A stretch of 64,000 nucleotides of DNA from an uncultured Spirochaetota bacterium (GTDB lineage Bacteria > Spirochaetota > UBA4802 > UBA5550): contig CAWHAA010000010.1 of the NCBI GenBank assembly GCA_963827275.1, forward strand, positions 320,001 to 384,000. The letters are read 5' to 3'. The notes beneath the pieces are model-generated. The model searched no databases and was not told the origin of the DNA. It saw nothing but the letters and a program-made list of their open reading frames with translations. Position numbers and translations under genes: made by a program. Below, in pieces: positions 55,915 to 64,000 of the stretch. Positions within the stretch are counted from its first letter, which is position 1. Each line of letters starts with the position of its first letter.

Positions 55915-57627
55915 TTACGAAACTTTTGATTCAGAGATATACGTGTTTTTCTGCGAATCGAACGTCCCGGGCACAACCCCCAGCTTTTCGAGTTCCTTCT
56001 TGATGATCCGCTGCGTCTCGGTCTTGGGGAACTCCGTGACGATCTTCACGAAACGGGGCACCGCGAACCTGGGCAGGTCCTCCTTCAGTGCCTCTACCAG
56101 GTCCGCTTCTTTCAGCTTCTGCCCTTCGACAAGGAGCACGCTCGCCATTATCTCATCTTCGGCAAGCTCGGACGGCACCGCGTACACTGCCGCTTCGACG
56201 ATGGCCGGGTGCTTCTGGATGGTGTGCTCCACCTCGTAGGCGGACACGTTTTCGCCCTTGATGCGCATGAACTCGGCGTTGCGCCCGACAAAGTAGAGAT
56301 AGCCCTTCCTGTCGCGCCGCACCAGGTCGCCGGTGTATATCCAGCCGTTGCGAAGCTTGTCGTTGGTGGCCTTGTCGTTCTTAAAATACTCGACTGACTT
56401 TTTCTTCCCTTTCGATTCGAAGATCAGCTCGCCCGGCGTGCCGTCCGGCACGTCGTTGCCGTCCTTGTCGACCAGGCGGTACACCACGCCCGGGCTCGGT
56501 TTGCCGATCGAGCCGATGGGAGCGTTGCCCAGGTTCATGATGCTCTTGCCGCCGCCGTCCACCGAGCCGTAGCCTTCGTAAATGGTGATGCCGAACCGCT
56601 TTTCGAACCTGGGCCACTCGTCGGCCGGGCAGGCCGCGGACAGGGTGAAGCGCACCTTGTTGTCGCGGTCATTCTCCTTCGGGGGCTGCTTCATGAGTAT
56701 CGGGATCATCGCGCCAATCGTGTTAAACGCGGTCGCGTTGTATCTGCGGATCTCGTCCCAGAACCTGCTCGCGGAGAATTTCCGCGACAGCGCCACGCTG
56801 CAGCCGCGGTGCATGGCCACCGTGCAGGTGGTCCAGAGCGCGTTGCCGTGGAACAGGGGAAGGCAGGTATAGAGGATATCCGATTTTTTGTACATCGAAT
56901 AGGCCACGACGGACAGTAACTTTACCGTGGTTTTGCCGTACCGGTACATGACGCCCTTGGGAAGCCCGGTGGTTCCGGACGTGTAGAGGATAAAGCATTT
57001 ATCCTCCTTTCCGTATTCACCCTCCGGCTTTTTCGGCGACTGGAGACAGGCCTCCGCCATCGGGACCATGCCCCCGGGGAGCGTCTTTTTCGCGGAAGAA
57101 TCCGCACGGTTGACGATCACGGTCTTGACCTTCTCCAGCCTGTCGGCGATCTTCTGGTACGCATCGAGGAACTCCTCGTCGATAACCACGTACTCGGCGT
57201 CGCTGTGGTTCAGGATATACAGGAGGCTGTCGCCGCGCAGCGACGTGTTGATCGGGACCAGGTACATCCCGAGCTTCTGCGGCCCCATGAAAAAATCAAG
57301 GTACTGGGGGCAGTTCCCCATGATGATGGCAAGTCCCTTGCCCCTCCCTCCGCCGAGGCCCTTCAGAAAATTGGCGGCCCGGTTCGCGTTCTCGTCCATC
57401 TGCCGGTACGTGAAGGTCCTGTCCTCGAAATAGAGATAGGTGCGGTCCGGGAACTTTTTCGCTTTCTCCTCTATCAGCTCCGCCCATGACATGTCTTCCA
57501 CGAACTCCAGCCGTTTCATGCTTTTCAGGTTGGCCCCCAGGGTGCCGCGCTGCCACTCGTCACGAAGGAGGCATAACACTCCTTTTCCCAGTTTCAGGAC
57601 TATCTTTATGCTTGCAAACAGGTACAT
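55915..57627 (-). CDS. AMP-dependent acyl-CoA ligase (CaiC-like)
   Basis: YTSGTTGLPKG, PLFHGNA, FSASRFW, TGDL, GENVSAYEVE. Confidence 0.93.
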   Translation of the reverse strand: MYLFASIKIVLKLGKGVLCLLRDEWQRGTLGANLKSMKRLEFVEDMSWAELIEEKAKKFPDRTYLYFEDRTFTYRQMDENANRAANFLKGLGGGRGKGLAIIMGNCPQYLDFFMGPQKLGMYLVPINTSLRGDSLLYILNHSDAEYVVIDEEFLDAYQKIADRLEKVKTVIVNRADSSAKKTLPGGMVPMAEACLQSPKKPEGEYGKEDKCFILYTSGTTGLPKGVMYRYGKTTVKLLSVVAYSMYKKSDILYTCLPLFHGNALWTTCTVAMHRGCSVALSRKFSASRFWDEIRRYNATAFNTIGAMIPILMKQPPKENDRDNKVRFTLSAACPADEWPRFEKRFGITIYEGYGSVDGGGKSIMNLGNAPIGSIGKPSPGVVYRLVDKDGNDVPDGTPGELIFESKGKKKSVEYFKNDKATNDKLRNGWIYTGDLVRRDRKGYLYFVGRNAEFMRIKGENVSAYEVEHTIQKHPAIVEAAVYAVPSELAEDEIMASVLLVEGQKLKEADLVEALKEDLPRFAVPRFVKIVTEFPKTETQRIIKKELEKLGVVPGTFDSQKNTYISESKVS

Positions 57628-58027
57628 GGCAAATCCTCTTGATGAACGTGAATATTACCCTACTTTTTCGGCTTCTTCAGGAGTTCAATGAAACGCCTCA
57701 CCCGGGTCCATTGTATCCTTTTAATTATACGGCTACAACTATAAACTTCCCGTCGTTTCGGCTGCAGGGGTAGTATATGCATTATTTATATTTATAGTCT
57801 TCAACAATACGGAGGTTGAATGTAAAAACTCAAATATGTATAATGATTAATGGTTCAGTACTGTAGAATTCATATCGAAACAATATACATTGAATAAAAT
57901 ATTGCTTGAATATTCATTACTATCGATCAAAAATCCGTCTACAGGGGCCGCAGTTTACATATCGTTATTATTCAAATTTGAATTTCTTGCGTGAACCCAT
58001 TAATTTTAACAGAAAGAATGGATAATT

Positions 58028-59683
58028 TTGAAATTAAATGCAACAATCATACCCGCACTCATTCTTTTACTGGTAACGGCCGGTTCCTGCGGGGGGACCG
58101 GCGCGACTACTTCTGATTTCATTGATTTATCCGGAAAATGGAAAATCATTGAAGCCGGGGACAACGCGCCCGCCGCCCGGGGTTACAACGACAGCATGGC
58201 GGAAGAAATAACCATCCCCGGCGACTGGAAGCATATCCTTGAAAAAAATGACGACCTCACCGCCACTCTGTGGATACGGAAAAAATTTGTCATAAACAAG
58301 GACTTTCAGAAGGACCTCTCTGACAGGATGTTACTGCTTTCCCTGGGCAATATCGCGGTCTCTGACAAAACATATGTCAACGGATCGCTGATCGGCAGCA
58401 CCGGGAGCTTCCCGGAAAAAGAAAAGCCCCTCGCCTACCGGTCCGGATGGCACAAGGAGCGCAACTACCAGTTCAATTCGTCCCTGCTGCATCCTGACGG
58501 GGAGAACGTCGTGGCAATCAGGGTATTCTCCCACTACATCAACGGGATGACGCGGGGGCCGGTCATGTCCACGAAAGAAAAGTGGCAGGAACGGGTATGG
58601 CTCAGGGAATACCTGCCTCCCCTGAACAATTTTTACCCGATCATACTCACTGCCATACTTGCCATTTTACTGTTCATAACCCTGAAAGGCGAGCTTCCCG
58701 GCAATTTTTCCCTGTTTTCCATGGTCCTGATTCTCTGCGTCTCTTTCATTGACATGCTCATGCTGGGGATCCCTTCGTTCGACAACAACATATACCGCTT
58801 CAAGCTGTTCATTGGATTATACGTGTGCATCGATTTTATTCTCGTCCTTCTGCTCCAGGAATTCTTCAAGATCACGCTCAGGAAGGTCACCATTGCCCTG
58901 TCGCTGATGCTCGCCGCCGGCATCGCGCTTATCGCGTACGCGCCCTCGATGAAATTCCTTGTCTCCCGCTGCTACCCGATAATGTCGGCACTTATAATAA
59001 TCTACGTGCTGTACGCGACCGGCATATTCCTGGCGGCCCTGTACAGGGACCCGAGACGGTTCTGGTACCTGTCCATCATCGCGGTGTTCATCATACTCTC
59101 GGCGGCCGACACGCTCTACAACGTCATCACCAACCAGTTTTACAAGATATCGTTCATCTTCACCCTGCGCCTTCCGTTCATCCTGCTCGGCGGGGCGATC
59201 GTGTACCTGTTCGACATACACAATCTCATCAGGGAAAACGGGTCGCTGGCCAGCGCGCTGCTCGACAAGACAAAGGAGCTCCAGCGCACGAAAAAACTGG
59301 TGGCGAAGATAGAGATCAAGCCGGAGCCGCGGGACATCATCCACGACGTCGTCGAATACCTGGACAACAATTTCAACGAGACCTACGACCGGAAAAAACT
59401 GGCGGAAAAATTCGGCCTGAACGAAGACTACATGTGCAACCTGTTCCGGAAGGTGACCGACACGAACATCGCGAACTACATAAACATGCGGAGGATAGAG
59501 GCGGCCAGGCAGCTCTTAAAGGAGACCGACAGCAAGGTCATCGATATCGCCTTCCACGTGGGGTTCGACAACCTCACCTATTTTTACCGTCACTTCAAAA
59601 AGCACACCGGCTACTCGCCGATCGAGTACAGGAGCATGGTGCGGGAGAACGCGATCCCGATCCCGATCGACGACGAGATCTGA
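58028..59683 (+). CDS. Membrane-spanning AraC-family regulator: extracytoplasmic galactose-binding-like domain + ~7 TM + AraC HTH
   Basis: Signal/lipobox AGSC; DLSGKW, WIRKKF, DKTYVNG.LIG, GENVVAIRV; multiple TM helices; RIEAARQLL..IAFHVGF..YFYRHFKKHTGYSP; TTG start. Confidence 0.88.
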   Translation: MKLNATIIPALILLLVTAGSCGGTGATTSDFIDLSGKWKIIEAGDNAPAARGYNDSMAEEITIPGDWKHILEKNDDLTATLWIRKKFVINKDFQKDLSDRMLLLSLGNIAVSDKTYVNGSLIGSTGSFPEKEKPLAYRSGWHKERNYQFNSSLLHPDGENVVAIRVFSHYINGMTRGPVMSTKEKWQERVWLREYLPPLNNFYPIILTAILAILLFITLKGELPGNFSLFSMVLILCVSFIDMLMLGIPSFDNNIYRFKLFIGLYVCIDFILVLLLQEFFKITLRKVTIALSLMLAAGIALIAYAPSMKFLVSRCYPIMSALIIIYVLYATGIFLAALYRDPRRFWYLSIIAVFIILSAADTLYNVITNQFYKISFIFTLRLPFILLGGAIVYLFDIHNLIRENGSLASALLDKTKELQRTKKLVAKIEIKPEPRDIIHDVVEYLDNNFNETYDRKKLAEKFGLNEDYMCNLFRKVTDTNIANYINMRRIEAARQLLKETDSKVIDIAFHVGFDNLTYFYRHFKKHTGYSPIEYRSMVRENAIPIPIDDEI

Positions 59684-59741
59684 ACGCTCCCGGCCGGCGA
59701 CCGGCCGTGCGGCATTACCCCCCGCCCGCAGGATAACGGCG

Positions 59742-60716
59742 CTATTTCAGCCTGAACGGCCCGCTCTCGTCAAACTCCAGCTTCATCGGCTCGGTCTTCA
59801 CCTCGTCCGGGAACTTGATGCTCGAATACCCCTTCATCTGGTAACGTCCCTCGCGGTTGTTCAGCATGTTTATCACGGCCTTGCCCAGGGCCTTTGAGCT
59901 GAAGGTGTTGGCGATGCGGATGGTGGACCTGTTCCCCTCATTGCGGACGTCGCCCGTCGTTCCGTTCAGGACCTTCGCGTCGCTGACCATGAAGCTATAC
60001 GTCATGTCCCTGCAGGCAAGCTGCGCCTTCGTGTTGTTCTTCACCTCGACGTCGAAGCTCAGGCGTATCGGGATGTCAAGCGAGGTCAGGTCGAGCGCCG
60101 GGGTCGGGTCTTTCCCCGATATAAGTCCGTCGATCACGTTGAATATCTTCACCGGGTCGAGGTTCTTCTTCCCGGTTTCGACGAGCGAACGCCTGATCTC
60201 ATCCACGGTGGGCGCCTTCACCTCGAGGTTCGCCACCCTGAAGGTGGGCTTCAGCGCCGGTATCTTCTTCTGGACGGTATAATCGAACGTGATATTCTTC
60301 TTGATGGACTGCACCGCCGCGGGGAGCGGGATCACGATATCGATGTCCACCGCGCAATTGAGGTAGTCGCGGTCCACGTAGTCCTTGATGATGCGGATGA
60401 TGTCCGCGTAGACCAGGGTCACCTTGACCGACGTCGTCTCGCTCCCCCCCGCCTTGACCGTCACGCCCTTTTTTGTCCTTGTCTTCAGGAGCTGGTTCTC
60501 TTCGACGCGGACATTGAAGCCGATGTCTTCGAGCGTGAAGCCGATCGGATAGGGATTGGTCAATTCGAAATCGAACAGGAAGGTGATGTCCTTCAGGCTG
60601 ATGGCTTCTATGTCGAACTTCTTGAGGCTCACCTCCGGCTTTTTGCCTATGAGGTTTTGCAGCGCCGCGCAGGAAAAAAAGAGCGGCAGCACCAGCAGGA
60701 CGATCAGCTTTTTCAT
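59742..60716 (-). CDS. Lipoprotein with two LEA_2/WHy-like domains
   Basis: FFSC lipobox; KPEVSL..F.L.NPYP; second KPTF..V.N repeat. Confidence 0.8.
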   Translation of the reverse strand: MKKLIVLLVLPLFFSCAALQNLIGKKPEVSLKKFDIEAISLKDITFLFDFELTNPYPIGFTLEDIGFNVRVEENQLLKTRTKKGVTVKAGGSETTSVKVTLVYADIIRIIKDYVDRDYLNCAVDIDIVIPLPAAVQSIKKNITFDYTVQKKIPALKPTFRVANLEVKAPTVDEIRRSLVETGKKNLDPVKIFNVIDGLISGKDPTPALDLTSLDIPIRLSFDVEVKNNTKAQLACRDMTYSFMVSDAKVLNGTTGDVRNEGNRSTIRIANTFSSKALGKAVINMLNNREGRYQMKGYSSIKFPDEVKTEPMKLEFDESGPFRLK

Positions 60717-60749
60717 ATACTCCCCCTTTATCGATACATTGCGGCGCGG

Positions 60750-61670
60750 TTAAAACCTGAAGCCCACGTTAAAGGTAAGCCCGTACATATGGTCCCAGTA
60801 GCCGGTCAGCCAGCCGTCCCGGTGGGTCAGGTCCAGGACCGAGGCGTCATTGCCAAGCGACACGCACACGACGCCGACCCACCTGAACCCGATCCCGATC
60901 AGCATGTGCGCCTGCTCGATGTAGTAGGAGACGCCGATGTCCGTGTCAAAGCCGAAGCCGAGCAGGTCCCCGTCGTACTCGAACGGCATCAGGTACGGGA
61001 GGCCATTCGGCCGATACAAGCTTGCGCTCCAGGTAGTTGTTCCCGCCGTTAAACAGGCCATTTACGTCGAGATAGACGGTGAACCCCTTTATCGTATAGT
61101 TGAAGCCGACGCCGAGCTCCGGCCCGACCTGCCACAGGTGGTACTTGTCGTTTCCAAAATTCAAATCCAGCGGCAGATACAGATGGAACCGGGACCCCTC
61201 CCCGCCGCCATAGCTGAACCGCGCCCCGAAATTGAAATTAAAGAAATCATTCAACCGCTTCGCGACCTTCAGGTCAGCGTCATAGCGGCGGGCAGACGAG
61301 TCACCGACCATTATGTACGGCGAGAAAGGAAGGCCGGGACAATATTCCACACTGTCGCGTTCCATATGAACGATGAATATTCCAGGGTATTCTTGGTGAC
61401 CCCGAAAAGCACGGAGAGGTTCACCTTCCATTCCTCAGTATAAATGCCCAGCTCCGGGCCCAGCATGAGGGACCCGTCCTTGTCGTTTTTCAGATTATAC
61501 CCGGCCATCTTGCACGGCTCGCCGTAATGGAGCCTCTGGAACGCCGGCTTCCACATGTCATACATGCCGTTGACCCCTATCCCCACCTCCACCGCGTGCG
61601 AGGGAGCGGGTGCGGCCGCGCCGTACAGGATGGCGGCAAGGGACAGGCAGGCGATTGTTGATTTTTTCAA
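60750..61670 (-). CDS. Putative outer-membrane beta-barrel (two compensating frameshifts at ~61337 and ~61015)
   Basis: Signal peptide SHA-V; three overlapping ORF fragments with beta-strand pattern and repeated GPELG; ends NVGFRF. Confidence 0.7.
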
Positions 61671-61797
61671 AGGTGACCTCCTTCTGCGTCGGGGTAATAA
61701 TTAATTATTGCCGCCCTATACTACTCCACCCGGCCGCGCCTGTCCATATTTTTTTTTACTTGCCGCCCGGGGCCCCGCGATGAACAATTGATGCACC

Positions 61798-63021
61798 ATG
61801 ACCCGACCATCACACAAACGCCCCGAAATCGTGGCCCCCGCCGGCAACCTGGAAAAACTGAAGTTCGCGGTCCTCTACGGCGCTGACGCGGTCTATTTCG
61901 GCGGGGAGGCCCACAACCTCCGGATACAGTCCGACAATTTTACCCGCGATGACATCCGTGAGGCCCTCGGCTTCTGCCGCGAGCATGGCGCGAAGGCCGT
62001 CTTCCTGATGAACTCGTTCCTGCACGAAAAGGAGATACCCGCTGCAGAACGGTATATCTCGAACATGCGGGAGTTTTCCTTCGACGCGGTCATGGTCTCC
62101 GACCCGGGCATGATGGCGCTTATAAAAGACTCGGGGATGACCTGCCAGGTGCACCTGTCGACCCAGATGTCCACGCTGAACCACCTGGCGGTGCGCTTCT
62201 GGCACCGGGCCGGCGTGGACCGGATCGTGCTGGCACGCGAGGCCACGGTCGAAGAGATACGGATGATACGGGACAACACGGACGCCGAGATCGAGGTGTT
62301 CGTCCACGGCGCGCTCTGCATCGCCTATTCGGGGCGCTGCCTCCTGTCGCGCTACCTGGCCGGCCGCGACGCGAACCGGGGCGACTGCGCGCAGGCGTGC
62401 CGGTGGCGCTACTCCCTCGTGGAGGAGAAGCGGCCGGGGGGCCATATCGACATACAGGAGCACGCGGCGGGCACCGAGCTCCTGTCGTCAAAGGACCTCT
62501 GCCTTGTTGACCGCCTTGGCGAGTATATCGACGCGGGCGTGGACGCCTTCAAGATCGAGGGAAGGATGAAGTCCGTCTATTACACGGCGAACACCGCGCG
62601 CATCTACCGCCACGCGGCCGGGTGCGCCGGCACGCCCGGATTCGAAGCGAACCTCCCCTTCTACCGGGAGGAGCTCGACCTGGTGAGCCACCGCCCCTAC
62701 ACCGCCGACCTGTTCAACGAATTTGAGGGCGGCGGGTTCACGCCCATCCCCTATATAAAAAAGGCGATGTTCCTTGGGTACCGTTCCGGCGCGTCCCGCG
62801 ACGGCGCCGCGCTCGTGAAGACCAGCAACCCGATACGACTGAACGAAACGGTGGAGGCGATCTTCCCGATACAGGGGACTATACGGGACGGCAGCTTCGT
62901 CGTGAAGGAGATCCGCGACGGCGAAGGCGCGAGCGTTGACCTGGCGCGGCCCAACGCCCTGTACCGTATCACCTTCGACCGCGAGCTCGGCGAGGGGGCG
63001 ATTCTGCGGAAGAGGTTCTGA
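61798..63021 (+). CDS. Peptidase U32 family (TrhP/YegQ-like, probable tRNA hydroxylation protein)
   Basis: PEIVAPAG, GADAVY, HLSTQ, HGALCIAYSGRCLLS, NRGDCAQACR, KIEGR. Confidence 0.92.
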   Translation: MTRPSHKRPEIVAPAGNLEKLKFAVLYGADAVYFGGEAHNLRIQSDNFTRDDIREALGFCREHGAKAVFLMNSFLHEKEIPAAERYISNMREFSFDAVMVSDPGMMALIKDSGMTCQVHLSTQMSTLNHLAVRFWHRAGVDRIVLAREATVEEIRMIRDNTDAEIEVFVHGALCIAYSGRCLLSRYLAGRDANRGDCAQACRWRYSLVEEKRPGGHIDIQEHAAGTELLSSKDLCLVDRLGEYIDAGVDAFKIEGRMKSVYYTANTARIYRHAAGCAGTPGFEANLPFYREELDLVSHRPYTADLFNEFEGGGFTPIPYIKKAMFLGYRSGASRDGAALVKTSNPIRLNETVEAIFPIQGTIRDGSFVVKEIRDGEGASVDLARPNALYRITFDRELGEGAILRKRF

Positions 63022-63071
63022 TACATATGTACGGCGGACCGGAGTCATCCCGCTCGTCCGCCTCGTATGCC

Positions 63072-63348
63072 TCGACAAGCTCGGCAACCGTTGAAAGTTT
63101 CCTGACGAAAGTAGCGTTGACGGTTAGTGAGCCTGTCGAACTACGGCGGAACCGGCGACATCCTGTCGCCTGCTCCCGGGAGAACTCCCGGTCCGGTATA
63201 TATAAAATAATAAAACTACCACTGTAGTACTCTTGACAAAATAGAGTGATATAACTATTAATTGTTTCACCCCTCAAGCCCTCACCTCCCCCTGAATGGG
63301 GGATATGGCCGACTTGCCCTGAGCTTGTCGAAGGGAGGCCGGAGGGGG
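63072..63348. repeat. REP-like palindromic elements
   Basis: TCGACAAGCTC (63072) pairs with GAGCCTGTCGA (63129); third copy CCCTGAGCTTGTCGAAGGG (63317) nested in CCCCTC..TCCCCC/GGGGGA..GAGGGG structure. Confidence 0.65.
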
Positions 63349-63393
63349 CACTCCCCAGACAGGGAGCAAGACGATACCACAATTGAGGACATT

Positions 63394-64000
63394 ATGTTGA
63401 CAAAACCCCCAGGCATCGAGGACGTCTTCCCGGACCGGATCGGCAGGCGCGACCTGATCACTGACGCGGCCCGCGGGATGTTCCGGCTCTATAACTTCCG
63501 CGAGATCGTCATCCCCGTCATGGAATTCACCGAGGTCTTCGTGCGCGGCCTGGGCGACGAGACCGACATCGTTTCCAAGGAGATGTTCACCTTCGAGGAC
63601 CGGGGCGGCCGGAGCCTGACGCTGCGGCCCGAAGGGACCGCGTCGGTGGTGCGTGCCTACGTGGAAAACGGCGAATACAACCGCCTCGCGACCTGCAAGT
63701 TCTTCTACATTGGCCCGATGTTCAGGGCCGAGCGTCCCCAGAAGGGCCGCCTGCGCCAGTTCAACCAGTTCGGCGCGGAGCTCTTCGGGAGCGGCGACCC
63801 CTACCACGACTTCGAGGTGATCGCCATGATGGACGCCATTGCGAAGCGGTGCGGCATCGAGGGATACCGCCTGCTCGTCAATTCCATCGGCTGCCCCGCA
63901 TGCCGCGTGAATTTCGTAAAGGAGCTTACCGGCTACTATTCCGGGGTACAACACCTGCTCTGCAAGGACTGCGCGTCCCGGCTCGGACGCAATCCCCTGC
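63394..64000 (+). CDS. hisS: Histidine--tRNA ligase, N-terminal part, truncated by window end
   Basis: Open frame MLTKPPGIEDVFP...TDIVSKEMFTFED...LRPEGTAS...PMFRAERPQKGRLRQFNQFGAE; GAGG RBS. Confidence 0.96.
   Translation, partial: MLTKPPGIEDVFPDRIGRRDLITDAARGMFRLYNFREIVIPVMEFTEVFVRGLGDETDIVSKEMFTFEDRGGRSLTLRPEGTASVVRAYVENGEYNRLATCKFFYIGPMFRAERPQKGRLRQFNQFGAELFGSGDPYHDFEVIAMMDAIAKRCGIEGYRLLVNSIGCPACRVNFVKELTGYYSGVQHLLCKDCASRLGRNPL

Noticed and set aside
63260..63393. T-box riboswitch upstream of hisS
   Set aside because: No GGTGGNACC T-box motif or terminator/antiterminator; leader is short and explained by REP-like palindromes

Overview
Core-genome window (~58-60% GC coding DNA with AT-rich intergenic gaps) of a bacterium. 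Spirochaete-style lipoprotein signal peptides, 7TM-sensor and PP2C gene types, and cadherin-like/DUF2341 lipoproteins suggest a free-living Spirochaetota, Leptospirae-like lineage; this is inference only. Content: 3' part of ptsI, a methyltransferase, the tig-clpP-clpX-lon operon, four tRNAs, a tiny two-heme cytochrome c, rluA, rnk, a penicillin-acylase-family amidase, hemW, a GH3 NagZ-like lipoprotein, an RsbW-like/LOG pair, fadN-thiolase, dCMP deaminase, a TPR/lipoprotein operon, PilZ, an amidase-like protein, a TIGR01212 radical SAM, mnmA, an MBL lipoprotein, dprA-(heme-c protein)-topA-xerC, an acyl-CoA dehydrogenase, a second DprA-like gene with mltG, a HAMP-PP2C/TPR pair, a cadherin-like surface lipoprotein, a six-gene acyl-CoA catabolic operon with a divergent sensor-7TM-AraC regulator, a LEA_2 lipoprotein plus beta-barrel, a U32 protein and the 5' part of hisS. 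No prophage, integrase island, transposase or CRISPR-Cas is evident. Six genes carry single-base indels, most likely long-read assembly errors. The strongest leads are: a 4 x 44-bp palindrome-containing array that could be a repeat ncRNA divergent from dprA; a 101-nt three-way-junction element; a ~53-aa mature di-heme cytochrome; two DprA paralogues with complementary domains; and the catabolic operon, which has a probable heteromeric ACAD and a membrane-spanning AraC sensor. All are unverified hypotheses.
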